Shown here: in pieces, positions 25,693 through 38,342 of the stretch | Position numbering within the stretch: the stretch's first letter is position 1 | Layout of the letters: each line of letters starts with the position of its first letter | Assembly: GCF_006345805.1 (NCBI RefSeq) | Contig: NC_042997.1 | Span: 113,770,001-113,834,000, forward strand | DNA: 64,000 bases | Source: Octopus sinensis | Lineage: Eukaryota | Direction of reading: 5' to 3' | Notes under the pieces: generated by a model | Database searches by the model: none | The model's input: the letters and a program-made list of their open reading frames with translations, nothing else | What the model was told of the DNA's origin: nothing | Program-made: the position numbers and the translations under genes

Positions 25693-26445
25693 CTTGTAAA
25701 AGCCTTTTTGTGTTAGGTACTGGTTGTCACAAAATATTACAATACATATATACATTCTTTGATAATAATAAGAACATTTTAAAAACAGTTTACAAGGGAA
25801 AATCTTAGGAAAATATTAAAAAAATTTGATAAGTTCATTAAAATATTGGGTACAAAAGATTACAATACATATATACATTCTTTGATAATAATTAGAGAAT
25901 GTTAAAAACAGTTTACAGAAAGAATTATTAAAAAGTTCAGAGGAATATTGGTATTGTATCTGTATATATATATACACAGAAAATTATAAGTTCAAAAAGG
26001 TTACATTTTGGTAAATATACAATGAGGGTTTGAACTGACCTGATTCACCAACACTGTCCCTTGAAATAGAAAATAGTCTTTTACGATAATATGGTGAATC
26101 AGGTCAGTTCAAACCCTCATTGTATATTTACCAAAATGTAACCTTTTTGAACTTATAACTTTCTGTGTATATATATTGATACAATACCAATATTCCTCTG
26201 AACTTTTTAATAATTCTTTCTGTAAACTGTTTTTAACATTCTCTAATTATTATCAAAGAATGTATATATGTATTGTAATCTTTTGTACCCAATATTTTAA
26301 TGAACTTATCAAATTTTTTTAATATTTTCCTAAGATTTTCCCTTGTAAACTGTTTTTAAAATGTTCTTATTATTATCAAAGAATGTATATATGTATTGTA
26401 ATATTTTGTGACAACCAGTACCTAACACAAAAAGGCTTTTACATG

Positions 26446-26491
26446 TTACTTTTGACAATCTTTTTCTAAAAAAGTGAAACCGGTCAAGTAA
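26446..26491 (+). ncRNA. Minimal type-I hammerhead ribozyme fold, U3-A8 core variant (right palindrome arm)
   Basis: ttactt TTGACAA tctttttctaaaaaagt GAAA ccgGTC aagtaa. Predicted cleavage is after C26485. Confidence 0.65.
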
Positions 26492-28299
26492 ATAAACATC
26501 TTTTAAAATTGCATTTTCAAACCTTCTTTCATATATAATTCCACTCGTGCGGTACCTTACAACTCCACTTTGTTATATATATATATATACATACATACAC
26601 ATGCACACACATACACAAAGGGCTTCTTCCAGTTTCTATCTACCAAATCCATTCATAAGGCTTTGGTTGGACCAATGCTATAGTAGAAGTCACTTTCCAA
26701 AGGTGCCACATAGTGGGACTGAACCTGGACCCATGCAGTTGAGAAGCAAGCTTCTTACCACTTTTTTTTCATTTTTGGTTAACTGCATTAAATATGTTAA
26801 CACTACCAAAAACATTCCCTATTTAGTAGTTTCCTCACCAAAGACAGTTGCCCCAAAAAAGCCACTAAAGAATTACTTTATACACCAAACTGACATGTAA
26901 AAGTCAATAATCACTTTCAAAGTTAAAAAGAAATATAATTAAGAAATTTGTAAAGTACTTAAAAAAAACTAATGTAAACCAACAAATCTCCCTTAAGGTC
27001 TGTAAAAACTAGTTGACAGCTGACTTTCAATAGCACTGTGTCACTCATCTGAATGAACAATGAAACTGACTCTTTATACTTTATAATACTACCAGGAAAT
27101 AAAACACAATCTAACAGTATATGTGTGTTCTAAACAACTTGCATGACTTCATCCACGATGTAATTGTTTCAGTTTACACTACTTACCAAGCAAGTACAAT
27201 ACTCAAAAGAGTGAGTGAGTGAGTGAGTGTGCCTGTCTGTGTGTGTGTATATATAGACAATTTCAGGTATATCAAGTATCATACGATATATATTCTTGAT
27301 TTATAAAAATTAACTCCACCACTGGAGGATGCAACATGAAATGGTAATTGAGAACAGTGCCTTATGAGAAGGGAAGACAATCTTCAGACTCAAGAATTCT
27401 ATAAAATTAGCTTATCATTAACCTGTTGATGGTAGGAAAGGGGCACATGAATGTGCATGCCAAACAAGTAAAAACAAAAAAAATATCACTTTTTCTTAAG
27501 GATAATTTTAATACTTATTTTCACTTTAAATAAGAACATTATCTATAATAATTGTTGGTCTTTTGCAGAATAAAATTTTTGAAAACCTCAATTGATGGTG
27601 TCAGCTGTTCTCTAATGAAACATCAGTTGATGATAAGGGTTTAAGAAAAGGACAGGTTTAGTGTCTAGAGATGAAAGCACAGTAGTAGACATGTTTCTAC
27701 CTCAGCATGACAATTGTCCTACTTTATCTTCAGCAGCCAAAGGACATAGACATATACAGAAAGAGTAGATCACATTTATGGTTTAGACAATTTTCATAAA
27801 TTAAACAAAAATTGGCAGAGAAATAACTCAGAGTGGATAGCGGCATGTACATGAACAACACAGACAATTATAAGAATATCAAAAACCATACAACATAAAT
27901 TCTTAATTTATTAAAATTATTCTCCATTGAAATATCACATATGTACACAGTCAGCATGTGTGTATGTTTGTTAATTGGTTTAAAGATAATCAAAAATGAC
28001 TTTGAAAAGTTATTTTTTGTTAGTGGGGGGCAGGGGTTTAAGTTAATCTGAAAATAATAAATAGACTGTGAAAAGCAATAAAAATAACTAAAATTTACCT
28101 AAAAATGTTTGAAGTGTTCCTTGCTTTTTAATGATATTCTGAGAAGTTGACTGAGCATTTCTCTTCTGTCTAAAAGCATTTTCCATTTCTCTTTGTGAAC
28201 GAATAATAAATTTGCTGAAAATTTGAACAGAGAAAGAAACAAAATTTTAATACAATTTTATCAAACCAGACTGCAATTGAATTTTGAATATTCAGCATA

Positions 28300-28520
28300 T
28301 ATAAGGCAACGAGTTAGCAGAATTGTTAGCACACTGGACAAAATGTCTAGCAGCATTTCATCCATCTTTACATTCTGAGTTCAAATTCTGCTGGGGTTGA
28401 CTTTGCCATTCATCCTTTCGGAATCAATAAGTACCATTTGAACACTGGGGTCAATGTAATTGACTTATCCCTGCCCACAAAATTGCTGGCCTTGTATCAA
28501 AATTTGAAACCAATATATAT
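28300..28520 (+). mobile_element. tRNA-derived SINE family C; decayed relatives at ~740-830, 7330-7500 (-), 30430-30600 (-), 45005-45130 (-)
   Basis: taaggcaacgagttagcagaattgttagc...ctgagttcaaattc (B-box-like)...gactttgccattcatcctttcgg..aataagtacc. Confidence 0.65.
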
Positions 28521-28609
28521 TATGGGTAAATTAGGCATTAGGTAATCTGTTCTTATGTTTTCAATTCAAATCTGGTGTTGTTTCTAAACCTCAAGAAGTT
28601 AGAAATAGT

Positions 28610-29000
28610 GTCCCTTTGATGCCAGTGCCCCTTGACTGGCTCCCATGCCGGTGACATGTAAAAAGTACCATCCAAAAGTGGTCAATGCCAGTGCCCCAAC
28701 TGGTTCCCATGCTGGAGGCACATAAAAAGAACCATCCGAATGTGGTCAATGCCAGGTCCGCCTGACTGGTTCCAGTGCCCGTAGCACATAAAAGCACTAT
28801 CCAAACGTGATCAATGCCAGGGCCCCCTGACTGGCTCCCATGCTAGTGGCATGTAAAGTGGTTGGCATTAGGAAGGGCATCCAGCTGTAGAAACATTGCC
28901 AGATCAGATTGGAGCCTGGTGCAGCCACTGGCTTTCCAGACCTCAATCAAATCGTCCAACCCATACCAGCATGGAAAACAGACGTTAAACGATAATGATG
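28610..29000 (+). mobile_element. RTE 3' end with tandem 3'-UTR units
   Basis: Repeated gg(c/t)ggcacataaaaagcaccatcc units, then gtggttggcattaggaagggcatccagctgtagaaac...gttaaacgataatgatga. Confidence 0.85.
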
Positions 29001-29574
29001 AGGAGCCTGATCATAAATGTTATCCTATCCTAACACTGATTACATTCTCATCAATATCTATAAATCTGAAATCTACTTCAAATTATGAAAGATCAAACCA
29101 ACCCCACACTTCTCACTACACCCAGTTATTGCTTCCCTGAACATTCCCCCTCTCCTTCTAGGATTCCCTACCTACTCTTTGTCTTATCAGAAAATGTTGA
29201 CAAACGTTTAAGTCAAACGTTAATGACATTAATTTCGCTATTCTGGGAGAGTCTGCAAGAGCAATAGCTACTACCTCTTCCTCCAAACCAAGCAATTTAA
29301 AAAAAGTAACAATCTTTAAAATTACCTGAAGGTTTAAAAGTCATAAATTGAGTATTGAATGACATATTACAAACACAAATAAATTGTTAATTGAAGCAGT
29401 TTATACTAATTATACAAACTGGTATTGTTGTTGTTTAGCCCCAGGCCTGTTCTGACTGACAGGCTTATAATCAATGGCATTCTTTTGGTGACTATTCTCT
29501 TTGTTTTAGATGAAATGTGTCTAACACTACATTATGCAATGTGTCCTTTCCTATTTTAAAGAGCTGTGTGAATA

Positions 29575-29918
29575 TGAGGGATAACCAATCGTGGCCGTTG
29601 CCAGCCTCCCCTGGCAAATAAAAAGCACCATCCGTATGTGGTCGATGCCAGCGCCACTATGACTGGCTTCTGTGCCGGTGGCATGTAAAAAGCACCAACC
29701 GATCGTGGCCGTTGCCAGCTTCCCCTGGCACCTGTGCCAGTGGCACATAAAAAGCACCCACTACACTCATGGAGTGGTTGGCGTTAAGAAGGGCACCCAG
29801 CTGTAGAAACATTGCCAGATCAGACTGGAGCCTGGTGCAGCCATCTGGTTCGCCAGTCCTCAGTCAAACAGTCAAACCCATGCCAGCATGGAAAACAGAC
29901 ATTAAATGATGATGATGA
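29575..29918 (+). mobile_element. RTE 3' end with tandem 3'-UTR units
   Basis: Same unit and terminal motifs, with a (GAT)n tail. Confidence 0.85.
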
Positions 29919-32604
29919 TTTCTAGTAGGTTGAATGACCATTTTAAAGACTTCACTGGATCAAACTATAAAAACTACTGATATATAATGTAACCATTGAA
30001 AGACTAAGTGAGAAAAAAAAAGAAAGAAAGAAATCAAGTGATTGGTGCATACAAGAGTGTGTTAGCATCATCATGTATTGAGAGAAATTGTATAGGAGCA
30101 GATTAGATATGTGCAAGTTTAAGAAAACTATATTATTAGTAAATGACAGCTTGTAAATTAAACTGTGTGAATGAAGTGTTGTTGATTTGAGACATATATT
30201 GATGCTATTCAGATCATATTATAACTGCTTCTTCTGTCAACTACAAATTATACATGTGTCAAACATGATGGACCACATATTCTATGACTCATAGAATTTA
30301 TGTGGCATTGTTCTATCATTAGGTCTTTCAAAGTTAATAATAACTGGGATCACACCAGCTTCTGGGGCTTACACCCTCATCTGTTCTTAAAGCACAAGCA
30401 GTACTAAGAAGATTTGTTCAGATTTCTTGACTGCACTGTCTCACTTGAAGAAACTTGGTAGACATTAACATCAATTAACAGAATTGAATCCAATACTTTA
30501 CTGGTATTTAATTTTATCAAATCTCAGAGGGATTTAAACATTAAGGCACAACTAAATCGTGCAAGGTATTTTGTCCACGACTAATTTACTATCTTATACC
30601 ATACATAACAATTATGGATATCAAATTAGTCATAAAATCTAGAAGATATTTACAGGTGATTAGTGAGAAATATATTTTCATAGTTGAATTTTTTTAACCA
30701 GAAAGATGGAATTTCATCTTAACATCTTTGACACCTTCAAAATCATTCTGAATTCCATTTTTTATATTGATTCCATACACAACTTTAATGTAACAGATTT
30801 ATAAAAGTAAAAGAAATTCAGTAATGTAAGTGCCTTTTTCAAAAGTGTTAGGAATGTTAGTGCAGTCTTAATTTAAAGTCATGAAAGAAGACAAAACAAC
30901 TGAATTAAGAGTAATTACACTCAGATAAAATTCATAATATAGCTAGCTCTCCCTTTCGTCAAACATACAACTGACCCTTAATTATAAAGTAAACAGTGGG
31001 GTCTGAGTAAATTAGTGGACTGTGTCAGCTTATTATGAAAACAAGAAGTTAAAAAATGGAATAAATTGGTTTGTCCAGAAAAGGTAAAGTCTAACAATTT
31101 CAGATAGTATCCTTCATCACAGAGAGATTATAAAAGATTTTCTGATGGTACTGAATAGAAAGAACTCCTGTTCAACAAACAGTGTGACATCCATGAAGAT
31201 TTCAAGAACAAAACAAGAATGTAACCTATTTCCATGTAAGGTAATAGTTTCCCATTACTGGACATGTTTTTGCAGATTACTGGAAATGAATGACATTCAT
31301 TTACAACAACCGCACAATGTCAAGACAAGAAGATAAAAAACACACACAACAGGTTCCTATAAGTTTCCATCTACCAAATCCGCTCACAAGGTATTGGTTG
31401 ACCTAAAGGTTATCATAGCAGTCCAAGCTGCCATACAGTAAGACTGAATCCAAAACTATGTGGTTGGGAAGCAAACTTCTTAACCACACAATCACACCTG
31501 CACCTTTTATAAGTATACAGGTAAAGAAGTTCAATGGAGACAATATTACAAGCTTATCATTTCAGTCTCATCTTTCTTTCCTTCATTTCTTTATTTTACC
31601 TCTGTCTTCCTCAATTCAAATAATAGTCATCCCCCACCTCAAAGCCACCATTCCCTACATCTATCCTTCAAACCCTACCCAATCTTTACAATTGTTGCCT
31701 ACCTTCCATTTCTTCATTCTTTGCTCTTCTATGCACCCTTAGCAAACCCTCACCCCAATACTCTTAATAATTCTGTCAACTCACTTCTACTCACCTCATA
31801 CATTGAGGAGTCACCTGGATAGCTCATCACCATTATTTTTATTTATCTCTTTGCAGTTCCTCCTGGATAATTTCAACCTCTCTTCTAAATGTGAGTAGCC
31901 ATGCAGTTCCTCTACACCAAGAACCTACTCTTGTACTTTAACCTTCACTCACTCACACAGACACCCCTAACATAAAACTGTTCCACCACCACCTCCTCAG
32001 CTTTCATAGTTTTGTGAGCTGCATGGCAACCTTACTAATACTGGTGGTACAAAACAAAATAGAAAGGAAAAAACGCAGTCAGTACATGCAGTTTTAAAGT
32101 GGTTGGCATTAGGAAGGACATTCAGCCATAGAAACCATGCTAAAGCAGAGAGTGGAATATGATGCAGCCCTTGGACCTACTGCATTCTATCTAATGGACC
32201 CATTCGATTCTAACCCATGCCAGCATGGAACATGGTGATGATGTATGCATATCTACTTTGCTTTTTCCCCTTTTTCTCTGCTATTGAAATCTACTTTTAT
32301 CTAACCTATTTTGATTACTTAAATATATACAGTTTCTCATTTAGCTTATTTTGTTTAGAATGTTTTGTGTTTTTCTTTGTTTCTTTCTTTGTCACCTTTA
32401 ATATTTTGCTCTTTCGTAACACTATCATGTGAATACCATATCAGAATTTATCAATATTTAATATTGATCTTCTGATATTTCTATTGAGTTGTCCTAATGA
32501 CTACAGACATAAATACAAAAAAAAAAAACTTAATTGAAAGCCTAGAGAACAACTTGAGGACAGATATAACTTAAGAATGACATTTAACACAATATTTCTC
32601 TCTC

Positions 32605-32644
<40 letters not shown>

Positions 32645-33654
32645 ATATACATCCATGCACATTAATCTGAACAAAATTTTAAACTGCATTTTTTTTCCAG
32701 TAAGAACATCTGAACTTGTGTGACCCCATTAGTGAAAAAAAAAGAAGAAATCATTAAAATTCCTGTTAACAATCCAAATTACAAATCATTTCAGTGGAAT
32801 ATACTTCATAACTTTCAATGAATTTTATCAAATATCTTGATTTGCAGTATTTCCAAAAATAGGCAAATTTAAAAGTATGACCTATAATTATTTAAATTTT
32901 TTTAAAAATCTATTCTCACTCAAAGCTGCAGATTTTAATTTGTTTTGCATTATCAAATATAACATTTACATGACCATTATATTTTAATATACATCTGATG
33001 ATCATCATAAAACATATGACTATCATATCACAAAACCTCTAAGACATTTCATATTTGACAACTCAGCATTTCTGCGTAGAATAATTCTACGGGGAAAGGT
33101 GCATTATATAAATATGAGTCAGTTATGAGATTAAGATGTTAGACAAAGTAAAAAAACATAAGACTGAGATTTCAAACCTCTCTACAGCTGGTGTATTGGG
33201 TCCCTAGAAATGATACATAATTATACTTATGCCTGTGTGCAAGGCAGCAGACAGCAGGTTTCACTTATGTTTCAGAAATGAATGGTAAGTAATGGAAAAG
33301 AAAAAACAAAAGCAAACTCATATATTAACAATACGTAAATCTATATTCTCAAAAATCACTTCACTCCTTCTAACAAAGAAATGGGAGCATGCTTGTGTGT
33401 GTGTGTGTGTGCGTTTATGTATATATGAATTATATCTATTTGCATAAAATATGTATATAAAAAAAAAATTTTTTAATAATAAAATCTCGCTCAGTGATTC
33501 TCTCCCCTTGATAGAAGTTTCTCCCCGCCCTTCAATTTCTTATCAAACCCTATTTCTCTCTGCCTCTGAGGCTGAAAACAACCACAGGGGACAACAGCAG
33601 CAACAAAGGTGGTTACCAGTTACATTTTACACACACACACACATGTATATTTAC

Positions 33655-34044
33655 ATATACTCTTATTCTTATATTTGTTTCAGTCATTTGACTGTGGCCA
33701 CTCTGGAGCACTGCCTTTAGTCGAGCAAATCGACCCAAGAACATTCTTTGTAAGCCTAGTACTTATTCTATCAGTCTCTTTTGCTGAACAGCTATGTTAC
33801 AGGGACATAAACACACCAACATCGGTTGTCAAGTGATGGTGGCAGGGACAAACACAAGCACACACACACATATATATACACAACAGACTTCTTTCAGTTT
33901 CCATCTACCAAATCCACTCACAAGGCTTTGGTTGGCCCAAGGCTATAGTAGAAGACATTTGCCCAAGGTGCCACACAGTGGGCCTGAACCCAGAACCATG
34001 TGGTTGGTAAGCAAGCTACTTACCACACAACCACACCTGTACCT
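33655..34044 (-). mobile_element. SINE family A, full length
   Basis: Reverse complement of the 38343-38750 element from head to cagtcaaatgactg tail. Confidence 0.9.
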
Positions 34045-34059
34045 ATAAACATAGCCATA

Positions 34060-34662
34060 TATGTTATGTGATGACCTGTCAAACCAAGTAATATCATAGT
34101 TGTGGTTGACACCAGTGTCGGCTGACTGGCACCTATGCTGGTGACACATAAAAAGCACCATTCAAGTCATTGGGCCTCATGGAGGCAGTGACATCAAGTC
34201 AATGAGATCGTAGTCATAGCCAATGCCAGTATTGTGCAACTGGCCTGTTAAAAACATCCTTCAATCATTGGGTAATATGCTATACTTGGGAAGGCTTGTT
34301 GAACCAAGTGAAATCATAGTCGTGGCCAATGCCAGTGCCATCTGACTGGTACCCATGAACTGTTCGAGTATTGGGCCTCATGGAGGTAGTGACAGGTGAA
34401 CAAGACCCTTGGCAATATACCATGCTTATGTAGACCTGTCAAGCCAAGTGAGACCATAGTCGTGGCCAATGCCAGTGTGGGGTCAATGACACCTGTGCTG
34501 TGCTGTCAAACATTAAAAAACCCATTACACTCTCAGAGTGGTTGGCATTAGGAAGGGCATCCAGGCAAATCAAATTGGAACCTGGTGCACCCCACCCCAG
34601 TTTTCAAACTGTCCAACCCATGCCAGCATGTAAAGCAGACATTAAATGATGATGATGATGAT
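34060..34662 (+). mobile_element. RTE 3' end with long decayed tandem-unit 3' UTR
   Basis: Repeated ccaagtga..catagtcgtggccaatgccagtg units, the terminal gagtggttggcattaggaagggcat, and a (GAT)n tail. Confidence 0.8.
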
Positions 34663-34689
34663 AACTGTGTGTGTATATATATATAGATG

Positions 34690-35225
34690 AGAAAGTTGGT
34701 TTGTGAAAGCACGTAGTTGAATATATAGAAAATAGTAAAAAGTGAAAAAACTACAGAAGGCTTGTTTTAAAAGGTTAAAAAATATATATTTGAGTCAATA
34801 TGTCTGAAGAATATTATAAATTTTTTTCTTACAATGACATAGTTTAGAAGAAATGACCGGTTTCGCGTTTAGCTTTTCAAATTTCTTACAGCGTTATGTT
34901 TATGTTGTGAAGAGTTCTAGATAAGGGGAGGTAATAAGTGATTTCTTCCGGTGTAAGGGAGATAATCGCTTAAAATTTTTTGTCTTTCCTTTGGAGTGAA
35001 TTTCTCTGTATAAGTATGTTGGAATGGTTAAGTCTGGGCTTGTACTTTTCAATGAAGAATGTTTCCTTGTTTAGTCTAATTTGTGTTGGTGTTCCGATAG
35101 CACATTGGTAAAATGGAAAGATTAAAAATTGTGGTAGTAGTTGATTTGCGCATTTCTCAATGTGCTCACTAAAAGGTATCATTCTGTATTCTGGGAATGC
35201 AATCTGTTGTCGATGCAGTGTGCAT
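34690..35225 (-). mobile_element. Penelope-like element 3' fragment: GIY-YIG endonuclease C-terminus plus pseudo-LTR
   Basis: TLHRQQIAFPEYRMIPFSEHIEKC..QFLIFPFY..IRLNKETFFIEKYKPRLN is the PLE endonuclease C-terminal signature, followed by a hammerhead motif. Confidence 0.85.
34848..34887 (-). ncRNA. Minimal type-I hammerhead ribozyme fold, U3-A8 core variant, in a PLE pseudo-LTR
   Basis: The minus strand reads AAGAAAU-UUGAAAA-GC UAAAC GC-GAAA-CCGGUC-AUUUCUU: a perfect 7-bp stem I, a 2-bp stem II and palindromic ACCGGU. Predicted cleavage is between 34855 and 34854. Confidence 0.75.
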
Positions 35226-35235
35226 CTACATATAC

Positions 35236-35272
<37 letters not shown>

Positions 35273-35334
35273 GTGTACTGGGTGCGTTTTTCATGGTACC
35301 AACACTAGTGAGGTTACCAAGACAAAGAAGTTTC

Positions 35335-36110
35335 TCAACCAAGTGAGGTTGTAGTAATGGAGGTGGTATGTGGATGTTGTAATGCTAAAATATGAGAGAG
35401 ATAGGCACAGCTATCTTGCAGGGCTATATTACAAGACATGAGAGTGAGTGGGAGTAGCTGGAAGGAAAATAAGGTATTGATGACAAAGTATCTGAGCATG
35501 CTCTCAAGGTACATGAAGGCAAGTATAAAAGAGTATACAAATTGAGGATAGGGAGGTTGGATGGATAAGTTCATAGGAATGCAAGGGGACAGTGACAGGT
35601 GGCTAGAAATAGGGTAGAGGTTAACACAGTAAATGATGTACAAGGGAAAGGTATGGTTGCTGGTAAATTTCAGTATGGGGGAGAAGGTAAGAGAAATAGC
35701 TCAGGAAGGAGATGATAATTAACAATACAAGCAACTGTAGATAGATAAGAAAATAAGGGAGAGTGGGTGAAATACAGAGATATATGGGGACACAGATGAA
35801 GGTCAGAGGTACAGAATGGTGGCTCTAGTGAGTTGGTGGGGGGTGGGGGACAAAAGTAGGAGACATTAACAGTTAAGAAGAGAAGGTATTGAGAATGATG
35901 GCAGGTATACAAGAATGTTAAAGATGACAAGTGATTCCAAGGAACAGAGGGAAGGGGGGTAACTAGCAGCACAAAGGAGAAAAAATATGTACATCTTCTG
36001 CTGTCATGATTACAACAGCTGAATAGTATCACTGTTAGAAGAGTGATAGAGCGATGGGTGTTAGGAAAATGAAAGTAGAGAAAAACTTGATGGGGATAGA
36101 CTGAACACAG
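35335..36110 (-). mobile_element. Very decayed, strand-biased PLE reverse-transcriptase-like sequence; similar tracts at ~31540-32000 (+), 41700-42230 (-), 55520-55900 (+)
   Basis: Residual motifs YLLP..., LLDFSPLLIQLHQPLPHYIP, PPNSLL..FD..SL and PFP..LSCDLY resemble PLE RT motifs (FYLLPKIHK, YLD.IL.PLV..LPSYI, NSLLVT.DV.SLY). The match is weak and by eye only. Confidence 0.4.
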
Positions 36111-36699
36111 GGGAAGAGACTAATAAGTGTATAGACATAAACCTAATGCTTTTAGGACCTCACTTTTGCTGTGGCACCCAACTGTAGTAACCTATGCTTG
36201 TATGAAAAAAAAACAGGCATAATGTACAAATATGTAGATACATATAACAAATATAACATAAGCATTCAAAACAGATATATCACTGTCCTGTAATCTACAC
36301 ATTTTGATCTTTCACCAAACATATTGTAGTTAATATATTATAGAATATTAATGGTGTTATTGGTGATGTCCAACATCAAATACTGAATATTTTAATATAA
36401 AGTAGATAGTTTGGCATGGCATACACGCAAAAACAATGTATAGATGCAGATAAAATTTCTAAAATCAATAGTGATGACGTATTTTGAATTTCTGCAGAAA
36501 TCAATAACAGTGAATAATGTTGTCACGCTAATTGGATCATTATATAAGATAAATTACATCATTATCAAGATAACAACTAGCAATATCACTTTATGTTATT
36601 CGTGAAACAAACAAACAAAAAAACACTTTCACCTGTGATATTTCCTTTAAGAAATAAAAATGAATATTTCATTGATTCTTTACCTCATTTATATTTATG

Positions 36700-36950
36700 A
36701 AATAACATATTTGGCATCACTTGTTGATTGATATAGAAGAGAACAATGATGTCCAAAACAAACAATGGTCACTACGGGATTCCATAAAAACCAAACAGGT
36801 CAAGTATTGAAACAAACTGATCACTACAAGATACCAGAGAACAATGAGATCCATTATCGGAATAAGTAGTGATCACTACAGGACACTAATGAACAAAGTG
36901 CTCAAGTATGAAAAGAAACAGTGGCAGCTACAAAACATTGTAGTCAAATA
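36700..36950. repeat. Degenerate 52-bp-period tandem repeat (~5 units)
   Basis: The tcact(ac) core recurs at 36717, 36769, 36821, 36873 and, as cagctac, at 36925, each exactly 52 bp apart. Confidence 0.7.
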
Positions 36951-37407
36951 ACACCTAAAGAACATTCTGTTAGACTCAACATAGTTTGGACCACCAAAGA
37001 TGTCACCACTAAAAGACTTGACTTGTCACTTAACATTACCTCAAGAGGATGACTAAAGAATGTAGCAACAGCTTACAGCTCTTTGGAGATCAATGTGAAG
37101 GTGGAAAGAAGCTGACTCATTTAATAACATTGAAATCTAAGACAGAAACAAACGAACAATAAGTAGCATAAATATCATCTTGTAGTTTAATGACATTAAT
37201 ACATCTTGTAACTGCTTTGTATTTATAGAGAGAACATATGTAATCTTTCATCCAGACATTATCAATGTAGTGTAAACAAAACATTTTATATATGGGAATG
37301 TCATTCCTGGACTGGGTGGCACATTGTGTCTTGAGAAAGTGAGTTCTTTTCATGTTGCTCAAGTCTGCTAAACCAAAAATGAACACCATCTAGTGCAGCC
37401 AAACCCT

Positions 37408-37408
37408 G

Positions 37409-37473
<65 letters not shown>
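37408..37473. repeat. C-run plus (CT)n microsatellite
   Basis: Directly visible. Confidence 0.95.
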
Positions 37474-37476
<3 letters not shown>

Positions 37477-38342
37477 GTAATCACAGCTGAATGTTTCATA
37501 AGATTAAATGCTTAGATCTGCCTGCAACAATGTAGGTACCTAAAACGATTCAGTCATGCTCACTTATGTGTGTAATGATTTGGTTTTAAAATGGAATCAA
37601 TAGTTTATTTTTATTTATCAAGTTAAAACAAAAATATATTCTTTATATTTGTGTTAATTTCAATATATTGGTTAGAATTGTCCAGATCAACAAATTCAAA
37701 CATTTATATCAGTGCTTGTTAGGTCAATCAAATAGATCAGTGATATTTAATGAGATTGAATAAAACGCGAAAAATCATAAAATTGATATTTATAAATTCT
37801 ACACCCATCACCACAAGAGTAAAGTGGTGCATATATTGGCATTCTTGTTGACTTCATGACGAGTCACTCCACACTTTCAAAGATCTGGAGAATAAAGATA
37901 TCCCTTAACTATAAAAAGAGAAGGCTGGTGACAGGAAGTACATCCAGTCATAAATCCTTTCTTAAATTTCCAGTGTGCATATAATCTGTTGTGTGAGCAT
38001 GCTGACATTGCACATCCAGCAGAGGACACTAGATTCATTCCTTTCTAGTCTTGACACATCCACTGCATTCAAGGCTCACATTACTGTTTGTACAGAAGTC
38101 TCATACAATTTGTTTTTCACTCTGAGAAAGAGAGAGAGAGACCGTTCATTGTTCTACTGAGAATCAAATATGATTTCCAAGAAACTACTAATTACAAAGA
38201 AGTAGAGATTATTTTAAAACCAGGGTGAGCATGTGAAAATGAAGCCAGTAATGGATTTGCTCTTTCATCAATTGATGACACGACTAGTGAAAAGAAACTG
38301 TCAGTCGGTCAATATGGTAATTGCTAGGAAGAAAGAGGAAAG

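Larger units (their letters stand above)
25617..26521. repeat. Near-perfect long inverted repeat: arms ~25617-26050 and ~26092-26521, 41-nt spacer; probably an inverted PLE pseudo-LTR pair
   Basis: The right arm is the reverse complement of the left with only a handful of differences. Each arm holds an internal ~122-bp duplication (tacaatacatatatacattctttgataataat) and the PLE-typical gaaaccggtc motif. Confidence 0.95.
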
